DNA from: an uncultured Bacteroidota bacterium | GTDB lineage: Bacteria > Bacteroidota > Bacteroidia > Bacteroidales > DTGW01 | Assembly (NCBI GenBank): GCA_963808135.1 | Contig: CAWEFA010000034.1 | Span: forward strand, 2,081-66,080 | Reading direction: 5' to 3' | Length of the DNA: 64,000 nucleotides | Part shown: piece by piece, positions 1 through 10,895 of the stretch | How the letters are laid out: the number at the start of each line of letters is the position of its first letter | Numbering within the stretch: position 1 is the first letter of the stretch | The notes under the pieces: model-generated | What the model was told of the DNA's origin: nothing | Database searches by the model: none | What the model saw: the letters and a program-made list of their open reading frames with translations, nothing else | Program-made: the position numbers and the translations under genes

Positions 1-92
1 TCAGCGATGCGGGGACGCCTGCTCCGGGCGGCCGTTTTCTTCCCCGTGCGTTGGGCATGGTGCTGCGCCGGCGGTGACCAAGGCCTTGGGAC

Positions 93-333
93 CGCGGGCA
101 TCTTGCCCGCTCTTCGCGGGAGCGTCCCGCTCCCGATGCCGCCCCTACAGGGCCAGTCATGAGTTTTAAGGCACGCTCGCATCCCACGGCTGGGTCGCCG
201 TGGGCTAAAGGACCTCGCCGCTCCGCGGCTCGGCACCACCCCGTCAGCGTTAATTTCGCGCTCATGGGCATCCTGCCCACGTTTCAGCGGGCGGGAGCGG
301 GACGCTCCCGCGACAGCGGGCAAGATGCCCGCG
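93..333. repeat. REP/REPIN-like inverted-repeat mosaic
   Basis: 93-135 (CGCGGGCATCTTGCCCGCT..TCGCGGGAGCGTCCCGCTCCCG) and 292-333 are near-perfect ~42-bp reverse complements, each made of short GC-rich palindromes; a further palindrome (CCCACGGC..GCCGTGGG) lies between them. Confidence 0.75.
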
Positions 334-388
334 CTACTTCCCCTCCCCTCCTGAATTTCGGTCAATCTCGATTCGCAAACGATCACTT

Positions 389-829
389 ATGACCATGACC
401 TTTGAAGAGGTAAAAGCGCATCTCAAGCAGCGATTCCCATTCATCATGGTGGACAGGGTCTTGGAGTTGGAACCCGGCGCCCGCATCAAAACCCTCAAGA
501 ATGTGGCCGGCAATGAGATTCAGTTCCTTGGACACTTCCCAGGTTATGCCATAATGCCAGGGACCTCCATTATTGAAGCCCTTGGGCAAAGCGCATCCAT
601 CCTGTTTAGCCAGACGACGGGAAAGGGCATGGCCCCAGGGGAGTTCATGGCACTGGCCGCGGTAAACGACATGCGGTTCCTCGTGCCCGTGCTGCCGGGC
701 CATACTTTGATCATGGAGGTAAGAATCGTCAAAATGACGGAAGATGCAGCCTTGGTCGAGGGCGTCGCCAGCGTGGACGACACCATTGTGACGCGTGGCA
801 AGCTGAGCTTTGCCCGAATGTCGGTCTGA
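389..829 (+). CDS. fabZ: 3-hydroxyacyl-ACP dehydratase, FabZ family
   Basis: RFPFIMVDRV, FLGHFP..IMPG..IIEA and RFLVPVLPG hot-dog fold motifs. Confidence 0.85.
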   Translation: MTMTFEEVKAHLKQRFPFIMVDRVLELEPGARIKTLKNVAGNEIQFLGHFPGYAIMPGTSIIEALGQSASILFSQTTGKGMAPGEFMALAAVNDMRFLVPVLPGHTLIMEVRIVKMTEDAALVEGVASVDDTIVTRGKLSFARMSV

Positions 830-880
830 ACCTCAGCAACGGTTTGCGGGATCCATCATCGAACTTCGCCCTGGTGCCAA

Positions 881-1360
881 ATGAAGAGCATTGAAATTGT
901 CTCCTACACCCAACAGGACCTGAAGCGACTTCTGGCGGATGACCAATTTTGGGTGCAGCCACAACTGCCGATCACGAAACGCCGGGCCCTCTCTTACCTG
1001 TCAAATCCGCGAGCCGAAGATAGCGACACCGTCCTGGTGACGGCGCTCAGTAAAGGCCGAATGGTGGCGTATATTGGCATTTTGCCGGACGTGCTGAGGA
1101 ATGGGCACCACGAGCCCATGAGGTTCGGGTGGACAACGACGTGGTGGGTTGAAGCGGAAAGTGCCTATAAGGCTTCCGCGTCGATGATCCTGTTTGCCGC
1201 GATGCGCGAATACACGAATAGAATCGCGGGTTCGAACCCCTCCGATGAGGCGGAACGCGTCTGGGTAGCGACAAAACTCTTCCGGGAGTGCGTCAGATTT
1301 GACCGCGTATACTTCATCCTGGCTCCCCCGCCTTCCATTGGATTTCTCAGCCCGCCCGTC
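881..1360 (+). CDS. GNAT-like acyltransferase, 3'-truncated at fragment junction
   Basis: MVAYIGILPD..FGWTTTWWV pattern typical of GNAT-fold proteins; composition switches at ~1360. Confidence 0.45.
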
Positions 1361-1464
1361 AGAGCAGCTGTAATTACAGTGAGAATTACAAGCGAGAAGA
1401 AAGTGTAAGTCATCAGTTTATCTTTAGTCATCCATGAATATTCTTTTGGTTTAGACATTTTCAT
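1360..1464 (-). CDS. N-terminal fragment of an archaeal membrane protein, possibly RnfD/NqrB-like
   Basis: AAGGAG Shine-Dalgarno upstream on minus strand; MKMSKPKEYSWMTKDKLMTYTFFSLVILTVITAAL loosely resembles the first helix of RnfD; cut by the junction. Confidence 0.3.
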
Positions 1465-1694
1465 AATCTCCTTGATTTTATGCTTTCAAATTAGGGCTGA
1501 TTTGTTTTATAAGACTTTCCTTAACCATTACGTATGTTCTATATTTAGTATAGACGATACAGAAGCATTTGATTTGGGATGGTCGAGTCCATTCAAACTT
1601 GAAAGTCACCAGAATTTATGCACAAAAAAAGATATTTTAAGAAAAGCTAATACACATTAATTGTTAAAGGCTATTTTGCAAGTGAAGCATAAGA

Positions 1695-2151
1695 ATGACA
1701 AAGACTATCATAGAGGAGGAATTGGGAGGAATTACCTTAAACGTGTATTTACACGTTATAAAAAAGGGCAAACCAGTTGGTCCTAGAGACGTCATGAAAG
1801 CGGTGAATTTAAGCAGCCCAAGCGTGGCTTACCGGCACTTGCAGAAACTTGAAGACCTCGGATACCTTCAAAAAAACGATTATGGCGAATACATAGTAAA
1901 AAATAAAGCACACGTAAAAGGGTACATCTGGTTTGGTCGACGCTTGATGCCAGCGATGTGGCGTTACTCTATTGTTTTTCTTACGATTCTAATAGCGGAG
2001 CTATATGTTCTAGCGGTGCATTTTCCCGTCGAAACTTACGAGTTCAAAGTTTTCTTTCTTCTATTGATGCTTAATAACTGGGTTGGCTCTGGCAGTTTTT
2101 ACGATTGAAGGTTTTCTTCAAAACAAACGTAAAAAAGCCGGCAAAAATTGA
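1695..2151 (+). CDS. Winged-HTH transcription regulator with two C-terminal TM helices (one indel near 2073)
   Basis: GPRDVMKAVNLSSPSVAYRHLQKLEDLGYL HTH; removing one A near 2073 extends the frame through ITGLALAVFTIEGFLQNKRKKAGKN to TGA at 2151. Confidence 0.75.
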
Positions 2152-2261
2152 ATTGCCCAGAAATAGATTTAGGCATTTTAAGCATCTCCAAATAAAAATA
2201 ACAATGCTATATCACATAACTTTCCTCATCTGTGTCAATAAACGAAAAATTGATTTCTAGG

Positions 2262-2275
2262 AGCAAGTTTTATAT
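2262..2275 (+). promoter_or_regulatory. Archaeal BRE/TATA box of the radical SAM gene
   Basis: purine-rich AGCAAG followed by TTTTATAT about 27 nt upstream of the GTG start. Confidence 0.5.
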
Positions 2276-2301
2276 CGCCTATACGAATTTACCTTGACAC
2301 T

Positions 2302-3426
2302 GTGAATTCAATGAATAATTCAATGAATCCAATCACAGCCCCATTATTCATGGTTGTTTGGCGATGTACCCGTAACTGTGTGGGCAGTTGCACTTATTGT
2401 AGTTACACCAAACAATATGCTAAAGACCAAGAACTAAACACCGAACAAGCCAAACACATGGTTGATGAAATGGCAGAATTCGGCTCACAATGGTTAGGAA
2501 TCAGTGGCGGAGAACCCCTGATTCGCCCTGACGTATGGGAAGTTATTGAATACGCTGAGAAAAAGCATGACATGAAAGTCAGCTTGATTACAAGCGGCTA
2601 TGCATGGGACGAGAAACGCTTTGATCTATTGCGCAAATATGAAGTCCACACTGCAATCAGTATTGATGGCGATCAGGAGTCAAACGACAAAATCAGACGC
2701 AAGGGCGGCTACGACCAAGCCGTGCATGCCATGGAGAAACTTAGCAGCGTTGGCCTACTAGACTGCTTAGTTACAACAATGACTAAGTTTAATATTGACA
2801 AGATGGCTCATCCCGCTATGTTGGCGGAGAAATATAAAGCCCGCATGCTTGTCTACCATAACTTGGTTCCGGTCGGCAGAGCAGGTGAGCATATGGAGGA
2901 AATAGCTCCAACACCAGAACAATACGAAACAGCATTCAACGAAATTTATGATATTCAACGCAAACTCTACGGCAAAGTAAAAGTCAACGTCTACGCACCA
3001 TTCTACGCCCGCATCGTACGCCAAAAAAACCCAGCTGACTTTTGGCAATGGTACAACGAAGGCTACCTTGGCAAATGCACCATCGGAGGCAATTACATCG
3101 GTATAACCGAAAACGGCGACTACCGAAGCTGCGGATTCCACGAAGGCTACCGCATCGGCAACGTCAAAGACAAGAAGCTGCGCACAGCTTGGGAAGAACT
3201 ACAGAAGAGCGAATTGCATCTAAAGCTACGCGACAAAGACAACCTAAAAGGCAGATGCGGAATCTGTGAGTACCGAGAAATATGCGGTGGATGCAGAACC
3301 CGAGCTGAATACTATACGGGCGACCTCTTTGAGTCAGATCCAGCATGCAACTACATACCTAAGGTGCTTAGAGAAGATCCTAAAGCACTTGAAGAAATGC
3401 GCAAAAACGCACACAAAAAACAATAA
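2302..3426 (+). CDS. Radical SAM/SPASM protein (NirJ/Ahb/PqqE-like superfamily)
   Basis: CVGSCTYC (CxxxCxxC), SGGEPL, ISIDG, and C-terminal C..GDYRSC..CGICEYREICGGCRTRA..DPAC SPASM cysteines. Confidence 0.9.
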   Translation: MNSMNNSMNPITAPLFMVVWRCTRNCVGSCTYCSYTKQYAKDQELNTEQAKHMVDEMAEFGSQWLGISGGEPLIRPDVWEVIEYAEKKHDMKVSLITSGYAWDEKRFDLLRKYEVHTAISIDGDQESNDKIRRKGGYDQAVHAMEKLSSVGLLDCLVTTMTKFNIDKMAHPAMLAEKYKARMLVYHNLVPVGRAGEHMEEIAPTPEQYETAFNEIYDIQRKLYGKVKVNVYAPFYARIVRQKNPADFWQWYNEGYLGKCTIGGNYIGITENGDYRSCGFHEGYRIGNVKDKKLRTAWEELQKSELHLKLRDKDNLKGRCGICEYREICGGCRTRAEYYTGDLFESDPACNYIPKVLREDPKALEEMRKNAHKKQ

Positions 3427-3430
3427 ACCC

Positions 3431-3452
3431 TTTTTCTTCAATTTTCTTTGTT
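3431..3452 (+). terminator. Archaeal oligo-T terminator
   Basis: TTTTTCTTCAATTTTCTTTGTT directly after the stop, between convergent genes. Confidence 0.45.
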
Positions 3453-3478
3453 CCTTACAAGAATCAAATTTTTGGTTA

Positions 3479-5799
3479 TCAGGTTTGTGTTTGGTTAAGA
3501 TTATTCAGTATTTTGAAGATGTCATATCGATCGTTTGAGTAGATTAGTTGTAGAAACTTGCAGCGGACAAAATTGGGGTCTAATTGGTTTTTGTCATAAA
3601 CGATGAATTGAATATTATTTTCGGCAATGTAATTTTTGTAGTCTCTTGAAGATACTTCAAATTGGTTAGGTTTGTAGGTAAATAGGCTTTGCAGATTATT
3701 TTGTTGCAGTGTTGGGAAACTGTTTTGAGTAAGGGCTAAAACTTGGTATTGACGTGTTGTCGTTTGGTTGACATTAATTTCGTTGAATTGATATTGGAAT
3801 CTAACTGCATCGATTTGCCTATTTGTCAAGGCACCAATATTTCCCCAATCAGGTAAATCGGTAAAGTTAAAAGCGTAAGCTAACTGATTTTTGTCGTCGT
3901 AGAGCCCTACGTAATTATCCATTGAGCTAATGTCAGTGAATGTTGCAACTGCCCATTCTTTGCCCGGTGGACCACCGACAGTTTTTGAAGGCACATCCCA
4001 TGGATTAACCCAATTCATGAATTGAGGTATCTGAGCTTTTTCAAAGTCAAATTGAAGATTGAATGAAGTGGTCAAATATAGTGTCACATTGGATATGTTG
4101 TTCTCCAGTGGTGTTACACCCCAGGATATATCGGTTGCATAACTGTCATTTTGAACAAGCATTGTCTCTGTTAAATCTACATAATTATTTGAGTATGTTA
4201 ACGTTAAATTTTTAGGGGAACTTTGGTCATTGAACGAAATTTCTCTGTTAAATTCAGACAGAGGAATTGTATAATTCTGATCGCCCTGCATAAATGAAAT
4301 AAAATCTCCAGCAGTTGAGGAGGATGATATCTGATACCAAACTTGATTTATAGAAACATAATTCTCGTCAGTAATCAATCCCTTAGCTTCATATGCTCTT
4401 AACAGATTTTGTGGATCTTGAATTTCGTAAGATAAACTCAAAACTGACTCAGCAATTTCTGTTCTTTGAACTGTAGGATCAGTTTGTGCAATTATGTTTT
4501 TTCCTGAAAAGGTTGAAAACCAAAACCCAGGAATTTCTGTTACAACTGCTGTGGCGTTATTTGGATAGTTTTGGTTTAACCAGACTCCTGCGTCTAATGC
4601 TTTTGTGTCGGTTGTTGAGTAGTAAACGCTGGCTTCCATAATTTTGCCATATACTGTATTAGAACGAAAAACAACCATTAATGATACTATAACAATGAGA
4701 GAAACCGTGAGAATCTTTACCCAATTTTTATGCAATGCCTTTTTATTTTTAGAAAAATAAGTTAGCATTTTTTCGCCTATGAAAACTCCGGAAACAGATG
4801 CGAAAATGGCCATTGGAACCATTAAATAATAAATAAACCATTGAAACGGCATGAAAAAACCGAAAAGGTAGGATTCAGCGAAAAAGAGAGGCACAAAGAA
4901 AATAAGAATTAATGTCAAATAATAAATCAGTTTTTTCTGAATTTTTAGAATACGATAAGAGATTATAATGCCTGCTAAGGCGAAGAAAAATATGAAGCCG
5001 AAATTGACCATAAAAGAATTAAAGCTAACTGCCGGAATTTCGTAGGCATACGATTTTACAGCAAAAAATAGGTATTCGATTACAAGGTTGAGATATCCGA
5101 GCATTGCTTTTAAATAATAGAGGAAAAATGCTATTCCTCCGCCTAAGAGCTAATGCAATTACTACTTTGAGGTAAGCGCCTTTGGATTTTATGAGCATGT
5201 AAAGCAGAATTGGCGGCATTATAAATACAGCTAGGAATGCGGCTAGTTGATGAGATAAAACTAAGACCAAAAGCAGCGAGAAAAGTTACAACAAGATAAC
5301 CCGTATGTTCTGCTGCTAAGGATGAATAAAGAAACACTAAGAGCATAAATACTATTGCAAGAACAGTAGTGTAACCGCCAAACGCGTTTACCTCGTACAT
5401 AGGAAAACACATCAATAGCAAAACAACGGCTACGGCGCCAACTTTTTTGTTAAAAAATTTAGTTGCGATCAAATAGACAGAGAGAAATAGGAGCCAATCA
5501 ATAATTGCTGCTAAAGCTTTTACTAGAAAAATTAGTTGTCCAATGCCAGTTGCGCCGCTAAAAGAAATGAACATTGCAAGCACAATTTCGTAGAGTGGAG
5601 GAGTCCAGCCCAGGTTGCTTAAGGGTATTTTTCCTGTTTGCAGGAAGATTTGGGCTTTTAACAAATGGACGCTTGAGTCGTTTCCTAAAACTACGCCATT
5701 CATTGATATGAGTGTGTAGAAAATCGCGAAAATTAGCACTGAGAAGATAACGATAAAGGCGATTTCGATTTGCCGCTCTTTTATAAATTTACCCATCAA
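3479..5799 (-). CDS. Multi-TM GT-C-type glycosyltransferase with extracellular C-terminal domain (indels near 5130 and 5260)
   Basis: ORFs 5143-5799, 5025-5270 and 3479-5104 join into a paralogue of 5808-8177; GNDSSVH loop, TPPLY motif, many TM helices. Confidence 0.7.
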
Positions 5800-5807
5800 G
5801 ACGACAG

Positions 5808-8177
5808 CTAACTCCCGGCTAAATTGACGTCCCCTTTAACCTTAAAGATGGCAACTTCACTGTTAATAAATACAAGGTTAAATTTGGGATCATTAGCAAA
5901 TTTGGGGTTTAACTCAAAATCTCTATTTGCAACGTATGAAACCGAGTATTGTTGAAGTGCCGTTTGATAATCGAAGGTTGTTAAAGCAGGGGCGTTTTTT
6001 TGTTGTTGTTGCGCATTTGCTTGGTGGATCAATAATGTTCGATTAAGCACAGCCGAGTCGCTTATGTCGGAGTCTGAGACGGGGTAAAGTCCAACGAGGA
6101 TTTGGATTTCTGCGTTGGACTGTCCTTGTAAATTATAGGACAGTTCTGTAATGCAGGGATATTGTTTATTATAATCGTATACTTGTGGCTGTTTTTGCGA
6201 GAAAATTAGTTGACCAATCTCTTTAGTGCCAGCATCTATCATTGCAATAGTACTTGAGTTTGGCTGTAAAAAGCTGCCTTCAGAATTTAAGATGAAATTA
6301 ACCCAATCAAGTGAGGTATTCTGCGAAGTACTTTGAAGCATTATGGTTATGTTTGCGAATTGGACGCCTTTTGAGACAGTTAATATTTCTGAGTAGCTGA
6401 AGTCGCTGTTTGCTTTATTAACAATTATGGATGGGTTATCAGTTTGGGCACCGACTAGTTGCATGCTGGTCACGGGTATTTGGGTTATGTTAGTAGATTG
6501 CAGGATGCCAGCGTTTTGTGAAAAAACCGTAATTTCACTGTCGTTAAATTGGAAGAAAGAATAAGGGAAATAAGTCCAGTTCAGGTCAGCTAGAAACATA
6601 GGGTTATGTCGCCCAATATAGCCGCCGTCTTCGCGAACTTGGATATACCCATTATCAATCATATAATCAGTATCAAGTACATTTTTGGCATAGTTAGCTG
6701 GGGCAAATTCTCGGGCAAGCGTTAAATATTGAGGATCAACCGCACTCAAAGTTGGTCTCTGAGCAAAACCGCCAAACCACCAACCGTAAAGCGCATCAGA
6801 AACAAACACTGAGTTGGGAGGGGTATTCTGTTTAGCCCACTGAATGGCTTGGTAACCTGGATTATCCATAACTTGATAGAAACTTTGGTCTGCAGTACCT
6901 TGCCACGGAGTTATAAAAAGTGGAAGGGCCAATACGCATATGAGCGTTATACTGATTATGAAGGCAGCGTAAAGGGTTTTGAGGGTTATTCGGCTTAAAA
7001 CTTTATCCATAGTTTTGTTTGCACTTGTTGTTGTTTTCTGCACCTTACTCGTTAAGACCCGGTAGTTGTTTATCATGTACGCGAAGAAAAATGAGCCTCG
7101 ATCAATGAACATGCCAATAAGTATCAGTACTGGTAAAACGAGGAAGTAAAGGAACCGATTGTAATCCACATATAACCCAAATAGGAAACCCTGAGTCAAT
7201 ATTGTGGGAACAAGAATCCACATGAAAAGCAAAAATGCTGGAAGCGAGAGAAATCGCCCCTTGTACTCTTTTGAGAGGAAAAAGAACAAGAATGTACATG
7301 CGAATAGCGGCAATATTGTGGTAAGTGGAAGAACTCTTGTTGATAGGAGTGCTGAGTTAATGGCAGAGACAACTGTGAATGACGAGTTAGCGCTTAAATA
7401 TGCAGGAACAGCATCTACCAGGAAAGGCGCAACGAGAATAGCGCCAATAGCAAGCGGAATCAGCCAAGTGAATACGTTTTTTCTTGATGTCCCAAAGGTT
7501 TTTGGAAGAATCATAACAATCAATACTGTTGCCAACGTTATGGCTAGGAATACTGCTGCACTCAATGAATGAGTCAAATAAATCGAGCCCACTAAAATGG
7601 AGGTAGAGGCAAGAAAAGGCGTCAACGTAAATCGGTCTTTTTGAAGATACAAATAGAAGGTTAAGGGAATTAGAAGCAGGGTTATTATGTTAGGGTAACC
7701 TGCCCAGAGAAGTATTTCCATGTCTGGCCGTGAAACTGCCACTAAAAATGCGACAATAAAAGCGCCTGACTCTACCCAGACACTTTTAGTTATCAAGAAG
7801 GCACATATTACAAGAAGCGATGAGAACAAAGCTACAATCACTGCCTGTGCCAAGTAATCGGACATGCCAGTCATCATTATTATTCCTGCAGCGAAAATGT
7901 GATAGCCTGGAAAAGTCAAAGATAGCCCACCGCCCATCTGATAATTATTCCACAGGAAATTGGTGTTGCCTGACTGCGTTATTGAGTTAATGACACTATT
8001 ATGTAAGCCAATGTCTGCGCCTGGAGGATAAGAAGCCCACAACATAAGAATTAGGCGGTATGCGAATGCAAAAACAAAAATTAGAAGTAGTAAAATATGT
8101 TTTCTACTGGCTTTGAATATTTGCTCCCCCGCCTTTCTCGATTTAGTGCTTTTGCGATTAATGGAATTATTAGTCAA
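5808..8177 (-). CDS. Multi-TM GT-C-type glycosyltransferase (PMT/STT3-like fold)
   Basis: PPGADIGLH first loop, FPGYH, about a dozen TM segments, YQAIQWAKQNTPPNSVFVSDALYGWWF STT3-like C-domain start. Confidence 0.75.
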   Translation of the reverse strand: MTNNSINRKSTKSRKAGEQIFKASRKHILLLLIFVFAFAYRLILMLWASYPPGADIGLHNSVINSITQSGNTNFLWNNYQMGGGLSLTFPGYHIFAAGIIMMTGMSDYLAQAVIVALFSSLLVICAFLITKSVWVESGAFIVAFLVAVSRPDMEILLWAGYPNIITLLLIPLTFYLYLQKDRFTLTPFLASTSILVGSIYLTHSLSAAVFLAITLATVLIVMILPKTFGTSRKNVFTWLIPLAIGAILVAPFLVDAVPAYLSANSSFTVVSAINSALLSTRVLPLTTILPLFACTFLFFFLSKEYKGRFLSLPAFLLFMWILVPTILTQGFLFGLYVDYNRFLYFLVLPVLILIGMFIDRGSFFFAYMINNYRVLTSKVQKTTTSANKTMDKVLSRITLKTLYAAFIISITLICVLALPLFITPWQGTADQSFYQVMDNPGYQAIQWAKQNTPPNSVFVSDALYGWWFGGFAQRPTLSAVDPQYLTLAREFAPANYAKNVLDTDYMIDNGYIQVREDGGYIGRHNPMFLADLNWTYFPYSFFQFNDSEITVFSQNAGILQSTNITQIPVTSMQLVGAQTDNPSIIVNKANSDFSYSEILTVSKGVQFANITIMLQSTSQNTSLDWVNFILNSEGSFLQPNSSTIAMIDAGTKEIGQLIFSQKQPQVYDYNKQYPCITELSYNLQGQSNAEIQILVGLYPVSDSDISDSAVLNRTLLIHQANAQQQQKNAPALTTFDYQTALQQYSVSYVANRDFELNPKFANDPKFNLVFINSEVAIFKVKGDVNLAGS

Positions 8178-8244
8178 ACTTTAAATATGAATTTCGAGTA
8201 TAAAAAGCCCAGAGTAACAAAAAAGGAAAACAAGGTGTATTTAA

Positions 8245-8670
8245 ATGTCATGGCTTAAATCTATGATGGAAAAAGAACCTCCAGAACCAGAAAATCCACT
8301 CGGCATCGTCGTAATCGGAAACATTGAACCCGACATGCATGACACAGCAAAAGAAGCAGTCAGACGCTCACTAAAACGCGCAGGATTCAAAACAATTGAC
8401 GTTGGAAAAAGCGTTGCTCCACAAGTTTTTATTGACAAAGTAAAAGAAAACAATGCAAACATCATTGCAATTTCAGTAAACACAGTACCAGCAAAAAATA
8501 ATCTTGCAAAACTTGACGAATTATTGAAGGCAGCCGGATTAAAAGACAAAGTTGGAATAATCATGGGCGGCGCTGCTGTCAAGAAAGAAGATGCTGACGC
8601 AATAGGCGCACTATTTGGCAAAAACAAGGAAGAAGCTCCTGAGTTAGCAAAAAAGGCTCTGAAGAAATAA
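8245..8670 (+). CDS. Stand-alone cobalamin (corrinoid)-binding domain protein
   Basis: VVIGNIEPDMHDTAK (DxHxxG variant), IAIS, IIMGGAAV; AGGTG SD upstream. Confidence 0.85.
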   Translation: MSWLKSMMEKEPPEPENPLGIVVIGNIEPDMHDTAKEAVRRSLKRAGFKTIDVGKSVAPQVFIDKVKENNANIIAISVNTVPAKNNLAKLDELLKAAGLKDKVGIIMGGAAVKKEDADAIGALFGKNKEEAPELAKKALKK

Positions 8671-8914
8671 ATCCATCAGACGTGTAAAAAAATGTCCTTT
8701 AAATTCAATACTAAACAAAACATCTATACTATTATGTATCTTTGGTGCCAGGGGATCAATTTCAAGTGGAATACCGGCTTCCTTCATAGTTCCGGACGGA
8801 CTTCTGTTAAAAGACATTGAATTTGAACATCAAACAAAACCGCTTTAAGCGAAAGGCCAATAGTTAAAAGCCCTCTAATGAAATAGATTTTTCTTGGCTT
8901 AATAAAATTGAAAA

Positions 8915-10706
8915 TTATATTTTCTGCTCCTTTTGTGTTAAGTAAATCTGATCAATAATATCTTTATATTTTTCATAAATAACACTTCTTTTGAGTTTTA
9001 ATGTAGGCGATAGTTCACCAGTTAAAACCGACCATTCATCTGAAACGAGCCTGAAGCGTTTAATTTGTTCCGTTTTTCCAACTTGATGATTTATTTCATC
9101 AATAACTTTATTAAACTGAACAATAACTTTTTTATGTTTAATAAGTTCGGTATGATTATTATAGAAAATTTTGTTACTTGCACTCCAATCGTGCAGGTAA
9201 GAAAAATTGGGTTGAATAATTGCACTTGCAAATTTCTGGTTCTCTCCAAGCACAAAAGCTTGTTCTATAAACTCCGATTCTTTTAATTTATTCTCGATAA
9301 CCTGGGGCGCTACATATTTGCCATTTGAAAGTTTAAATATTTCCTTCTTGCGGTCTGTAATTTTTAAAAATTTACCTTTAACAAGTTCCCCAATATCGCC
9401 GGTATGAAACCAGCCTTCATTGTCAATTACTTCTTTAGTAAGCTTTGGGTCTTTATAATAACCCAACATCACGTTGTGGCCTCTGCAAAGGATTTCACCA
9501 TCTCCGGAAATTTTTACCTCAACACCATTTATAACAGGACCAGTTTGTACCGATCATAAAAAGAGGAAGTTTAACATTATTGACTGAAATAATAGGAGAA
9601 GTTTCCGAAAGCCCGTACCCTTCAATAACTTTTATGCCAGCAGCCCAAAATATTCTTGCTAAACGAGGCTGTAAAGTTGCGCCGCCCGAGACTATTTTAT
9701 CCAGTTTATTGCCTAATGCCTCACGCCATTTAGAAAAAACCAATTTATCCGCTATCCTTAGCTTTAAATTATAAAATAGCCGGTTTGGTTTATCAGGGTC
9801 AAACTTTTTGCCAAGCTCAATTGCCCAGAAATAGATATGTCTTTTTATAAAGGGAAGCTCATGCCCTTTAGTTTGAAGCTTTTCGAAAAAAAGTTCAATA
9901 ATCCTCGGTACACAACAAAAAAGAGTAGGTTTTACTTCAAGAATATTTTCAGCGATCGAACCCATATTTTCGGCATAGTAAATACTTATTCCTTTAAATT
10001 GAAAATGATAATTTGCAATTCGTTCGTAAACATGGCTTAAAGGCAGAAAACTTAATGCTTTTGCTTCAGGCCCGCTTGCATGCACATTTGCAGACTCTTT
10101 AAAGTTATTAACCAAATTGTTGTGCGATAACATTACCCCTTTTGGAAAACCGGTTGTGCCACTGGTATAAATAATTGTGCAAAGGTCGCCAGGTTTAATA
10201 TTGTCCTTTATCTGTTTAAATTCAGAAACTGCTTTTTCGGTATTTTCTTTCCCTTTCTGAATTATCGATTGCCAATTTTTTACACCTTCAATTAAAGAAA
10301 TGGAATATATTTCAAAAACACCAGCCATTCCTGCAATTGGTTCGATTTTATCATAAAGTTGTTTGTCCGAAACTATAATTAATTTGGGTTTGCAATGGTT
10401 AAGAATATAATAATAATCGTCTTTGCTTATTGTTGGATAAACAGGCACATGAATTACGCCAACCTGCGACATTCCCATATCAATGAAGTTCCATTCGGGC
10501 CTGTTATTTGTAATTGTTGCAATTATATCTCCTTTTTTAAAACCCATAGCAAGCAATCCATAGCTAAAATAATCCGATTGGGTTATATATTCCAAAGGGC
10601 TATATTTTATCCATTTTCCGTTTTCTTTTCCGGCTACAGCATCATCCTTATAACTGTATGAATTTTTATAATTTTCGAGTAAGTCAAAAACACGCGTTAT
10701 TTCCAT
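8915..10706 (-). CDS. fadD: Long-chain fatty acid-CoA ligase (indel near 9540)
   Basis: IYTSGTTGFPKGVMLSH AMP-binding motif, EGYGLSET, GWFHTGDIG, DRKKEIFK across two ORFs; probable start MEITRVFD at 10706. Confidence 0.85.
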
Positions 10707-10895
10707 TATCTGTATAATTTGCCAATAAAACAAATTTAATAAAAAAATGCTCACATCATTCACAAAGTATTTTTAAATATTTGAATAGGCTAATACAAAG
10801 AAAACCAATTGCCTGACTGAAAATAAATTTCCCAGTCTTATCCTTTTGTTTTTATTTTATAAAAAGTACCTTCGTAAAGAAATATTGAACTGAAA

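Noticed and set aside
2214..2270. Short ORF-like stretch upstream of the radical SAM gene as a RiPP precursor
   Set aside because: No SD, abuts or overlaps the promoter region, and has no leader/core features
2305..2328. 12-bp tandem duplication AATTCAATGAAT at the radical SAM start
   Set aside because: In-frame slippage duplication in a variable N-terminus with no evident function
5025..5270. Pyrrolysine or selenocysteine read-through in the split archaeal glycosyltransferase
   Set aside because: The breaks are frame changes, not in-frame TAG or TGA codons
1360..8900. Archaea-to-bacteria horizontal transfer of a 7-kb block
   Set aside because: Truncated genes and no mobility signatures at the edges indicate contig concatenation
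8671..8914. Small gene or ncRNA between the corrinoid gene and fadD
   Set aside because: Only short open frames without recognisable motifs; the region contains an unresolved fragment junction
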